DNA of 15,640 nucleotides, from NCBI GenBank assembly GCA_044347345.1, contig JBIKUX010000040.1, forward strand, positions 1 to 15,640. Reading direction: 5' to 3'. Positions 1-8,036 of the stretch are shown here, piece by piece. The notes beneath the pieces are model-generated. The model was given only the letters and a program-made list of their open reading frames with translations, did not search any database and was not told the DNA's origin. The DNA comes from Bdellovibrionota bacterium. Its GTDB lineage: Bacteria; Bdellovibrionota_C; UBA2361; JBIKUX01. Made by a program: the position numbers and the translations under genes. Position 1 is the first letter of the stretch. Each line of letters starts with the position of its first letter.

Positions 1-1
1 G

Positions 2-397
2 ATCTAAGTGATAATTGTTTAGAAGCTCTTTTACTACTTCAACCGCTATAGTAGCGACAGGGACAAGGTGACCATCAAAATAGCTACCTCCGTCTCTTCT
101 TCTTTGACCAGAATGACAAGCTTGTATCAATGAAACAAAGGCAGTAATCACTTGTGACCACTTGTTCACTCCATTAGTAGTTAAATTGTCACTTAAAAAA
201 TCTTCAAGATTTTGACTATTCTGCTTTGAATGGTTAAAAATTGTTTCAATCTGTTCGATCAAATTTCGTGAAAGTATAGGGTCTAGAAGAGAAGGAGCTT
301 TTAGAAGAAGAGGAGTTAGGCAATTGCTGCTTAGAATACTATTAGGATTTTGCCTATCACTTTGATTAAGTTCAGGTACAGAGCTAAAATTAAGCAC
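2..397 (-). CDS. Partial (runs off left edge) HD-domain protein, RelA/SpoT (p)ppGpp hydrolase / Mesh1-like
   Basis: Hand translation: minus frame is stop-free from 406 to 2, with GTG at 397 and TTG at 400. It contains AFVSLIQACHSGQRRRDGGSYFDGHLVPVA (HSGQ...VA at 115-53), resembling the AHxGQxRxxGxPYxxHxxxVA motif of RelA/SpoT HD domains. The HD dyad would lie outside the window. Not in the ORF track; start uncertain. Confidence 0.7.
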   Translation of the reverse strand, partial: MLNFSSVPELNQSDRQNPNSILSSNCLTPLLLKAPSLLDPILSRNLIEQIETIFNHSKQNSQNLEDFLSDNLTTNGVNKWSQVITAFVSLIQACHSGQRRRDGGSYFDGHLVPVATIAVEVVKELLNNYHLD

Positions 398-576
398 CAA
401 TTTTACTTAAATTAATTTATTTTCTATCTAAATGTTTAACCCAAGGTACCTAGATAAGAACTCTTAGGCATAGAAAAAATTATTAATATTTACAATAACT
501 TATTAATATGATTCGCTAGTACAATTTACTACTGTAACTGATACGCGCAAATAATTACTGAATTATTTTAGTACCT

Positions 577-605
577 CGTTATTTTAACGCCCCGTTATTT
601 TAACG
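577..605. repeat. Two tandem copies of self-complementary 13-mer CGTTA-TTT-TAACG
   Basis: Exact copies at 577-589 and 593-605, separated by CCC; CGTTA and TAACG are reverse complements. Confidence 0.9.
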
Positions 606-638
606 ACTGATTACAAAAATTTAACATGTAATTTAAAG

Positions 639-1706
639 CTAAAACCTCTTGTTATCCAAGTACCAGTTCACCGTCCTTGCTATGCCGTCTTCAACGCTTA
701 CCACTGGTACAAACCCTAAAACATCATGGGCTCTACTTGTGTCAGCAAGCGAGTGCTTAATATCACCTACTCTAAAAGAGCGGTAATTAGGCTCGTTTAA
801 CGAGGAATTATGCAAAAGCAAACCCCTTTCTTCATTCCATCTGATCACACTAGCTTTAATCATCTGATATAGAGAATTAAGACTTGTGCATTTTTCACAT
901 GCGATATTTATTACCACACTAGATGTAACAGACTCACCAAATAATTCAACACTAACTTTACTTGCTAGGATATTAGCAAATAAAACGTTGTCAACAAAAG
1001 TAAAGTCCCTACTAGTAGTACCGTCACCAAAAATTTCGCACTGCTCACCACTTTTAAGCTTTTTTATCCATCTTGGAATAACCGCGGCATAAGCACCGTT
1101 AGGATCTTGTCGAGGTCCAAAAACATTAAAGTATCTAAGCCCTATTGTTACTATTGGAAACAATGAGGAAAACACCCCAGCATATAACTCATTTACTCGC
1201 TTAGTGACCGCATAAGGAGAGAGAAGTCGCCCCAAATTATCTTCAGATTTCATGTCGTGGTGATCGTCTCCATACACCGAACTAGATGAGGCATAAACAA
1301 AACGTGTTACTCCTTGGTTTTTAGCGGCTGTTAATAAGGTAACAAACCCAGAAACATTAGCTTCATTTGCTTGAACCGGTTGCTCTATCGACCGAGGCAC
1401 CGAGCCAAGCGCAGCTTGATGCAAAACTACGTCCACTCCCTGACAAACTTCATTCATCAATTCAAAGTCACAAACACTGCCCTCAACAAAGGTACAATGC
1501 TCCCAAGCTTTAGCACCTACACTCTCTTTTACCTCTTCGATATTATCTCTGCGACCTGTCGAAAAATTATCAACAGCTATAACCTTTTGACCGCACTTTA
1601 ATAGCACTTCTAATAAGTGCGAACCTATAAAACCAGCAGCTCCCGTCACCAAAAAACATCGCCTCTGAGACAAATGTGGACTAAAATACGCTAAATTTAG
1701 AGACAT
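639..1706 (-). CDS. UDP-GlcNAc(A) 4-epimerase, extended SDR, WbpP/TviC-like
   Basis: VTGAAGFIGSHL NAD-binding motif, VLHQAALGSVPRSI, YASSSSVYGD, catalytic YAVTK, GLRYFNVFGPRQDPNGAYAAVIP. ATG at 1706 preferred over the TTG at 1724, which overlaps the upstream gene. Confidence 0.93.
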   Translation of the reverse strand: MSLNLAYFSPHLSQRRCFLVTGAAGFIGSHLLEVLLKCGQKVIAVDNFSTGRRDNIEEVKESVGAKAWEHCTFVEGSVCDFELMNEVCQGVDVVLHQAALGSVPRSIEQPVQANEANVSGFVTLLTAAKNQGVTRFVYASSSSVYGDDHHDMKSEDNLGRLLSPYAVTKRVNELYAGVFSSLFPIVTIGLRYFNVFGPRQDPNGAYAAVIPRWIKKLKSGEQCEIFGDGTTSRDFTFVDNVLFANILASKVSVELFGESVTSSVVINIACEKCTSLNSLYQMIKASVIRWNEERGLLLHNSSLNEPNYRSFRVGDIKHSLADTSRAHDVLGFVPVVSVEDGIARTVNWYLDNKRF

Positions 1707-1711
1707 TTCTT

Positions 1712-2992
1712 TTACAAGCTCCAATAAACAAAATCTTGCCTTACAGCCGATGGGTCAAGACACGATTTAACATCTACAATGACCCCACCCTCCTTAACCA
1801 TGTGCTTAAGCTCGGAGTTAGGCATGGCTAAAAAAGGTTTGTGACATACCGCCACCACCAAGCAGTCTAGGTTTTGTAGCTCTTCTCGCTGAACTAAATT
1901 TACTCCATACTCTGAGTAACACTGCTCAGAACTGGCGATTGGATCATGCACCAACACACTTGTACCGTATTCCTCTAGCTCTTTAATTAGGTCAGGAACA
2001 CGACTATTTCTTGCATCTCTAACATTTTCTTTGAAAGTTATCCCCAAAACTCCAATACGAGCTTTTTTAAAGTCTAAACCACTCTTTCCCAGTAATTTTA
2101 CCACTCGCTGTGCGATAAATATGCCCATGTCATCGTTAATTCGACGACCCGCCAAGATAACTTGTGGATGATAACCCAACTCAAGAGCCTTAGCGGTCAG
2201 ATAATAAGGGTCTACTCCGATACAATGCCCTCCGACAAGACCGGGAGTAAAAGGTAAAAAATTCCACTTAGTTTTGGCAGCTTCTATGACTTCCCTAGTG
2301 CTGATACCAAGTCGGTCAAAAACAATCGCAAGCTCATTCATTAGCGCAATGTTTAAGTCACGCTGAGTATTTTCTATAACCTTTGCAGCCTCAGCTACCT
2401 TAATAGATGGAGCACAATAAATGCCGGCTTTTACAATTTGCTCATACACTGAAGCTACTCGAGCCAAAGTGTCTTTTGTATCTCCTGCTACAATTTTTAC
2501 TATGTTTTGTACCGTATGCTTTACGTCACCTGGATTTATACGCTCTGGTGAATATCCTAGAAAAAAATCAATACTGGGTGTAAGGCCACTAAGTTGAGAC
2601 AAAAGAGGCCCACAAACCTCCTCGGTTAGACCGGGATAAACGGTAGATTCAAATACAACTACGTCGTTATGCTTGAGGTAAGGCCCAACTACATTGCATG
2701 CACCAACAATTGGTGCGAGGTTAGGTTGATTTCGCGAGTCAACGGGAGTTGGTACTCCAACTATAAAAAACGTTACATTCTCAAGCCGTTCAGGGCTAGA
2801 AGTAACCTCAAGAGAAGTATTAAGTAAGCAGTCATCAAAGCCCTCTCCAGTTGGGTCAATGCCAGCGATAATGGAAGCAATCTTGTGATGGTCGATGTCA
2901 AAGCCGATAGTACCCGGAAATTTCTCTGCTAAAGCCAATGCTAACGGCAACCCTACATAACCTAGACCAATTACAGCTATTTTTTCTGTCAT
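1712..2992 (-). CDS. UDP-N-acetylhexosamine 6-dehydrogenase, WbpO/TviB-like
   Basis: GLGYVGLPLA, ESTVYPG, YSPERINPGD, AEAAKVIENTQRDLNIALMNEL, catalytic GGHCIGVDPYYL, GITFKEN. Confidence 0.95.
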   Translation of the reverse strand: MTEKIAVIGLGYVGLPLALALAEKFPGTIGFDIDHHKIASIIAGIDPTGEGFDDCLLNTSLEVTSSPERLENVTFFIVGVPTPVDSRNQPNLAPIVGACNVVGPYLKHNDVVVFESTVYPGLTEEVCGPLLSQLSGLTPSIDFFLGYSPERINPGDVKHTVQNIVKIVAGDTKDTLARVASVYEQIVKAGIYCAPSIKVAEAAKVIENTQRDLNIALMNELAIVFDRLGISTREVIEAAKTKWNFLPFTPGLVGGHCIGVDPYYLTAKALELGYHPQVILAGRRINDDMGIFIAQRVVKLLGKSGLDFKKARIGVLGITFKENVRDARNSRVPDLIKELEEYGTSVLVHDPIASSEQCYSEYGVNLVQREELQNLDCLVVAVCHKPFLAMPNSELKHMVKEGGVIVDVKSCLDPSAVRQDFVYWSL

Positions 2993-2999
2993 GATTTAC

Positions 3000-4178
3000 T
3001 TAAGGCTTTATTATTATATCACCGTAAAGAGAAGTATAACTTTCTACTACGTCAGTTATATCATAGCTTTCTTCTATTCTCTTACGACCCTGTCTACACC
3101 GCTCAATCCTATCTGCCTTCAGAAGCGAATATATTTGAAGCCAACCTGCTACTAGTGAATCTACATCTCCCGAGCGCACAATTACCCCCACCTTACCTGT
3201 AAGGCTTCGGATATCTCCCAAGTCAGTAGCAATTACCGGTATCTCACAAGCCATAGCCTCAGCTACCACGTTGGAGAATGATTCACCCCACTTAGATGAA
3301 ACTGTGACAATATCTACGCAATTTATTAGCGCAGGCATATCCTCTCTTTCGCCTAGCAGTGTAGTGTGTTGGTCAATACCACAAGAAACTAGTAACTGCA
3401 AAAGCTCTCTATTAGTCCTATCGATTGCTCGACCTGCCATTAAAAATCGAACTTTTTTTACTTTGCCGACTAATACTGATGCGGCTCGACAAAAAAAAGC
3501 GTGATCCTTCATCGGATGATAACGAGCAAATAACGCTATGACAAAGGTGTCATCACTTATTCCCAGATCAGCCCGCAAACTATGCCGCATCTGAGGTTGC
3601 GGCTGAAAATGTAAAAGATCAATGCCGTTGGGAATAGTAACAGATCGCTTTGATGAAAGCCCGAATCTTTCATGCTGTTCCCGAGCAATCTGAGAGTTAT
3701 AAATAATGGCCGCAGGAGATTTAGATAAAAATCGAGAAATAGATACAAGAGAAGCTTTTTCTACACCATAGGAGGGAAGTGTTTGAAAAATACTCCATAA
3801 TACCGGATTACGGATGGCTAAAGTATACGAGCTCATAGTTGCCATTATGTTCGCCAAGTAACTCCACCCATGTATTAATGCGGGGCGATACTGCTTGATA
3901 AGAGTTCTTAAGGAAAAAATAGCATAAGGAAGTTGCTTAATGAGTAAAATAGATGGAACGCGGTTCGGATGTATAACGGCAAGATCCAAACCTAAATCAA
4001 TGACTGGCAACCCTTGACTGATTAACTTATCTTTGGTGCGCCCGCCCCTACCTATTTGCACTACAACAGTGCTAGTTGTTAAAACTGTTTTTGGTAAGTT
4101 GGTAATGAGCCGTGCCAACATCAATTCGGTTCCCCCGGTTTGAAGATTATCTAATACGTGGAGTATCCGAAAAGTCAT
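3000..4178 (-). CDS. Glycosyltransferase family 4 (GT-B fold)
   Basis: GGTELML, IPNGID, ARYHPMKDH, ESFSNVVAE (EX7E) followed by AMACEIPVIATDLG; 7-nt gap to the next gene suggests an operon. Confidence 0.92.
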   Translation of the reverse strand: MTFRILHVLDNLQTGGTELMLARLITNLPKTVLTTSTVVVQIGRGGRTKDKLISQGLPVIDLGLDLAVIHPNRVPSILLIKQLPYAIFSLRTLIKQYRPALIHGWSYLANIMATMSSYTLAIRNPVLWSIFQTLPSYGVEKASLVSISRFLSKSPAAIIYNSQIAREQHERFGLSSKRSVTIPNGIDLLHFQPQPQMRHSLRADLGISDDTFVIALFARYHPMKDHAFFCRAASVLVGKVKKVRFLMAGRAIDRTNRELLQLLVSCGIDQHTTLLGEREDMPALINCVDIVTVSSKWGESFSNVVAEAMACEIPVIATDLGDIRSLTGKVGVIVRSGDVDSLVAGWLQIYSLLKADRIERCRQGRKRIEESYDITDVVESYTSLYGDIIIKP

Positions 4179-4193
4179 GGTTTACTTATCATG

Positions 4194-4222
4194 CAGAGGC
4201 ACTTAATCCAGAGGCACTTAAT
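4194..4222. repeat. Tandem direct repeat CAGAGGCACTTAAT x2 (period 15)
   Basis: Exact copies at 4194-4207 and 4209-4222 in the divergent intergenic region. Confidence 0.9.
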
Positions 4223-4325
4223 TCAGGTGATACCTTATGATGAAACACTTGCTTGGGTGTACTATAGTGAATAAATAACTGTAAAGCCTCGTACTTAAAG
4301 TAAGGCTAATTTGGACATCATCCCT

Positions 4326-5468
4326 ATGAATACTGGACTAACGAAAGGAGTGCTTATTGAATATCAAACAAAAAGCACAACTATCCGAATCCACCACTCA
4401 ACTCCCCTAATAGCGCTTTTAAGCGGATGGCAATGGGGAGCAAATACTATTGAAAGTGGCTACATTGTTCTAATGATTTTTGCCGCTTTGTCACTCTTAT
4501 GCATCGGATTTGTGGCGAGTGGCAGTATTTTATCAAAATTTTTTAAAAAAGAATCAACGGATGCCCGCATAGTTCTTACTACTCTGTGTTTCGGTATTGT
4601 ACCAACTAACGATTTGGGAATCTCGCCAAATGGCACTACCAGTATAACTACAAGGATTGGCCAGATTGCTGGAGCTCTTTTTCTTCCTGTTGCTATTTTG
4701 TTTAGTCTTATTCTGATCCGTATGTCAGTTCCTGTAGCTACGTGGTTAAATCAGCCACTTACCTATCTAGAATATGCCCTACTGGCTGTAATAGGAAACT
4801 GCATAGTTCCTGTACCACCTTATGAGGCCGGACTTTTGGTAAAAGACTACCTTCTCTCTGAAGCTGAACACAAAAAAGAGCCTTTTCCGGAATTCGTAGC
4901 GACAGAGGGGATAGCTAGATTCGGGCAATGGTTTAGTGCTTCGCTCAGCATTGTGGGGATAATATTAGGTAACTCCCCGCTTATTGTAGCCGGAGGCATT
5001 CTTTTTTTTATCAGTTTTCAAATACTCCTTCGTTCTTCTATAACACGAGCCTCGCAAGGCATGTCTGTTGCCGATGTAATGCGACCAGCAGATTTAGTTG
5101 ACGTGTTAACTCACGGAATGACCATATCTCACGCTCTTAGAGTAGCCCGAAGATCCTTTCAAGAAGTGTTTCCGGTAGTGAATGCCAAAACAGTTATTGG
5201 ATTAGTAGATCGGGCGACTTTAGTACGATCTCGTTTTCTGCAAGGAGAAGCTTATGTATCGGGCATAATGGAAAAAAAATTCCAAACAATAGATGAAACA
5301 GAGATGCTAAGTTCTGTTTTATCTAGAGATAATCAACAAGATAATGAACCTCTTGTGGTCACAAAAGGAAGTAATACAATTTTTGCTGGGTTGCTTCTAG
5401 TGAAACCTATTCTCGATAGTTTGATAGTTGAGAGTCTTCCCAAAGAAAATAGAGAGGAGGAATTTTAA
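4326..5468 (+). CDS. Site-2 protease (M50)-like membrane protein with C-terminal CBS pair, lacking the HExxH motif
   Basis: Several hydrophobic segments; IRIH near the N-terminus; GNCIVPVPPYEAG resembles FNLLPxxPLDGG; ATEGIARFGQ; CBS-like SVADVM, FPVVNAKTVIGLV and VSGIM. ATG at 4326 or TTG at 4311. Confidence 0.72.
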   Translation: MNTGLTKGVLIEYQTKSTTIRIHHSTPLIALLSGWQWGANTIESGYIVLMIFAALSLLCIGFVASGSILSKFFKKESTDARIVLTTLCFGIVPTNDLGISPNGTTSITTRIGQIAGALFLPVAILFSLILIRMSVPVATWLNQPLTYLEYALLAVIGNCIVPVPPYEAGLLVKDYLLSEAEHKKEPFPEFVATEGIARFGQWFSASLSIVGIILGNSPLIVAGGILFFISFQILLRSSITRASQGMSVADVMRPADLVDVLTHGMTISHALRVARRSFQEVFPVVNAKTVIGLVDRATLVRSRFLQGEAYVSGIMEKKFQTIDETEMLSSVLSRDNQQDNEPLVVTKGSNTIFAGLLLVKPILDSLIVESLPKENREEEF

Positions 5469-6365
5469 ATGACCTTGAGTGAAGTTAGTCGCACCATCGT
5501 GTCACTTGCGTCATTACTTCCAGTAAATGTTAGAGCTAACTTAGGATACGGTTGTGGACTAATTTGGGGGCTCTTTCCCACTCGAGATCATCACCTTTGT
5601 AGATTGCAACAAAGAGCATTTCTTGGAACGTCATCACTCCTAAAAACAGCTCAAGTATTTGCATCAGTAGGGTGCTCAACTTTTGAAACTATAAATTTAT
5701 TACCGCTTATTTCTGCGCACGAACACTTGATAGAATGTCCCGATTGGGCAGCTATTAAACAGGTGGCAGATAGTAGCGATGGTGTAGTTGCTCTTACTGG
5801 CCATGTAGGTAATTGGGATTTACTCGCTGCCTATATGGTAGCAAGAGGTATTCCTCTTTGCGTCGTAGGAAGAGAAGCAAGGAATCGTCATATACAACCC
5901 GTTTTAGAGGAAATTCGACAAAAGTACGGCGTTTCGATGATTTGGCGAGCTGACAGACAAGGAGTGCGAACTATTCATAAAACCTTAAAAACTGGAGGTA
6001 TCGTCGGCGCACTTATTGACCAAGACACGATAGTAAAGAGTATATCGGTACCGTTTTTTGGAAGATACGCAAGAACCCCCTCAACGCTCACAGAGCTAGG
6101 ACTAAGATTAAAAACAAGATTCGTTTCAATTTTCATGGTTCGCATCGGAATGACCCGGTATCGGATTTACTTTCGAGAGATAACTAACCTTGAGTCCGTA
6201 ACCTCAGTACTTACAGCTTATCATGCCCATTTAGAGGAGATAATTCGTCTATTTCCCTCACAATGGGTTTGGTTTCATAAACGTTGGAGGAGTACAGAAA
6301 ATGGCACGAGGTTATCGTCTCGGGCTTATACAGAAGTCCTTAAATCTTTAGTAAACCAACATTAA
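5469..6365 (+). CDS. Lipid A acyltransferase family protein (LpxL/HtrB-like)
   Basis: Catalytic H-x4-D (HVGNWD), LIDQD, VPFFG, QWVWFHKRWR; ATG directly follows the upstream TAA. Confidence 0.9.
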   Translation: MTLSEVSRTIVSLASLLPVNVRANLGYGCGLIWGLFPTRDHHLCRLQQRAFLGTSSLLKTAQVFASVGCSTFETINLLPLISAHEHLIECPDWAAIKQVADSSDGVVALTGHVGNWDLLAAYMVARGIPLCVVGREARNRHIQPVLEEIRQKYGVSMIWRADRQGVRTIHKTLKTGGIVGALIDQDTIVKSISVPFFGRYARTPSTLTELGLRLKTRFVSIFMVRIGMTRYRIYFREITNLESVTSVLTAYHAHLEEIIRLFPSQWVWFHKRWRSTENGTRLSSRAYTEVLKSLVNQH

Positions 6366-6526
6366 CTATCCAAGCGATTTAAATTTTTATGGCTTAATCA
6401 CAGTAATCTGAAATTATATAAGTATTGTTTAGCTCCAAGAGCTTTACTTCAGATGAAAAGGTTCGTACTCTCCTAGGTGCGGAAATTAGTACATAGTTTT
6501 CTACTTAAAATTTTTTACAAAGAGAT

Positions 6527-7123
6527 ATGAGTTACAGAGGCCCCCGAGCAAAAAAATCGCGTTCACTAGGAGTACCGCTCACACCCAAGGCAGCTATTGT
6601 GATGGAGAAACGTCCCGCGCCACCTGGTCAGCATGGGGCTCGCCGGCGTAGTCGGTCAGACTTTGGACAACAGCTTTTAGAAAAGCAACGTCTCAAATTT
6701 CAATATAATGTAAGTGAGCGTCAGCTCAGAAAATACTTTTTAATTGCTCGAAGTTCAAAAGGCAGTACGGGGGAGCAGTTACTACAGCTTCTTGAGAGTA
6801 GACTGGATAATATGGTCTACAGAGCAGGGTTTGCACCAACAATATATGCCGCACGTCAGTTAGTGTCGCATGGTCATATTGAGGTTAATGGTCGTAAAGT
6901 AAATATACCGAGTCAGTTAGTCTCTTTAACCGATACAATAGCAATTCGGGAAAAGTCCAAAGCTCTATTAATCATAAAAGAGGCTTTGAGCCGTACCGTA
7001 AGACCAACATACGTTGAAACTGATGCTGAAAAATTAACAGCAAAGAGAATCAGAGAGCCTGAAAGCCACGAAATACCTGTATCTTGTAATATTCAGGCTG
7101 TAGTTGAATTCTTCTCGAAATAA
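6527..7123 (+). CDS. rpsD: 30S ribosomal protein S4 (uS4), form without the Zn-binding cysteines
   Basis: PPGQHG, LLEKQRLKFQYNVSERQ, LESRLDNMVYRAGFA, ARQLVSHGHIEVNGRKVNIPS, terminal VVEFFSK. Confidence 0.97.
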   Translation: MSYRGPRAKKSRSLGVPLTPKAAIVMEKRPAPPGQHGARRRSRSDFGQQLLEKQRLKFQYNVSERQLRKYFLIARSSKGSTGEQLLQLLESRLDNMVYRAGFAPTIYAARQLVSHGHIEVNGRKVNIPSQLVSLTDTIAIREKSKALLIIKEALSRTVRPTYVETDAEKLTAKRIREPESHEIPVSCNIQAVVEFFSK

Positions 7124-7154
7124 TTAAAACTGAGAGCTAAGCAAGACTGTAATA

Positions 7155-7197
7155 TTAAGAACACAGAGTTTAAGAACACAGAGTTTAAGAACAGAGT
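7155..7197. repeat. Tandem repeat TTAAGAACACAGAGT x2 plus a third copy lacking 2 nt
   Basis: Copies at 7155-7169, 7170-7184 and 7185-7197 (TTAAGAACAGAGT) between convergent rpsD and truA. Confidence 0.92.
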
Positions 7198-7201
7198 GGT
7201 A

Positions 7202-8005
7202 CTACCTATGGCTGGCTTTCCATTCTTGGATCGCCGGCCAGTTATAGTAATTAACTTCGGCTAAAGTTAGTCCATGAGCAGGGGCAGTCGGGCCTGCGGC
7301 TGTTCTTCGTCTTGACATTAAAATATCAAACATTGGTGCTAGCTTTGGCCAACCCTTGACGCGTGCTACTGCCGTACCAACAATAATACGCACCATATGT
7401 TTAAGAAATCCTGAACCTTCTATAAGTATTTGAAGCTCGTCGCCATGATTACTGACACTTATCCCGTCAATAATCTTTACCGAAGATCGAGCCTGACAAC
7501 CAGCAGCTCGAAAACTTGTAAAATCATGTTCGCCAATTAATGATTCAAGCTCTTGCTGAAGGTGCACTAGTGGTAGCGGAGCAACAACATGCCAAGCACG
7601 ACCATAATCATGAGTTAAAGGGGTTCTGCGATTTACTATTCTATATAGATACTTCTTTCGTTTAACTCCTTTTCTTGGATGAAAAAAGTTAGGCATAATT
7701 GCGGCTCTCACCACAGCTACCTCCCCCTTTAGCAAACTACTTAGGGAATAACTTAACCGCTCAAGGTCTGGAGTATGCTCTATATTAAAACTTATTACCT
7801 GACCTAACGCATGCACTCCAGCGTCAGTGCGACCAGCAGCATGTATACACTGAATATTTCCCCGAGTTATAGTCTCTAAAGCTTCGTGTAATACACTTTG
7901 TACCGTACGTAAGCCTGGTTGCTTTTGCCAACCATGGAAGCCACTCCCGTTATATTCAATAACTAAGGCAACAGTTGTAATAGAGGAAGTGGTAGAAGTG
8001 GCAAT
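7202..8005 (-). CDS. truA: tRNA pseudouridine(38-40) synthase; probable non-canonical ATT start
   Basis: Frame extends beyond the ORF-track start at 7816: VALVIEYNGSGFHGWQKQPGLRTVQ...AAGRTDAGVHALGQV; later GEHDFTSF, GSGFLKHMVRIIVG, TAPAHGLTL. Open to 8032, TAG at 8035-8033. Identity is secure, the start coordinate is tentative. Confidence 0.9.
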   Translation of the reverse strand: MATSTTSSITTVALVIEYNGSGFHGWQKQPGLRTVQSVLHEALETITRGNIQCIHAAGRTDAGVHALGQVISFNIEHTPDLERLSYSLSSLLKGEVAVVRAAIMPNFFHPRKGVKRKKYLYRIVNRRTPLTHDYGRAWHVVAPLPLVHLQQELESLIGEHDFTSFRAAGCQARSSVKIIDGISVSNHGDELQILIEGSGFLKHMVRIIVGTAVARVKGWPKLAPMFDILMSRRRTAAGPTAPAHGLTLAEVNYYNWPAIQEWKASHR

Positions 8006-8036
8006 AGTAATACACCCAAATGTTTTTATACACTAA

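Noticed and set aside
639..2992. Vi capsule locus
   Set aside because: Only the TviB/TviC-like precursor enzymes are present; no polymerase or export genes.
886..3748. Short ORFs 886-1092, 1371-1601, 3271-3504 and 3557-3748
   Set aside because: Antisense or off-frame shadows inside well-supported sugar-pathway genes; no motifs.
6366..6526. Zur box or S4 autoregulatory leader upstream of rpsD
   Set aside because: Only weak partial dyads such as AGCTC-CAA-GAGCT; nothing convincing by eye.
7155..7197. CRISPR array
   Set aside because: Units are 15 bp, contiguous, without spacers, and no cas genes are present.
7202..7816. ORF-track 204-aa truA, or a truA pseudogene
   Set aside because: That start omits the catalytic Asp; the frame continues intact upstream with conserved motifs.
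7956..8033. Tyr/Cys/His-rich 25-codon minus-strand ORF from GTG at 8033 as a leader peptide
   Set aside because: Overlaps the truA 5' end out of frame; its composition follows from the Thr/Ser/Ile codons of truA.
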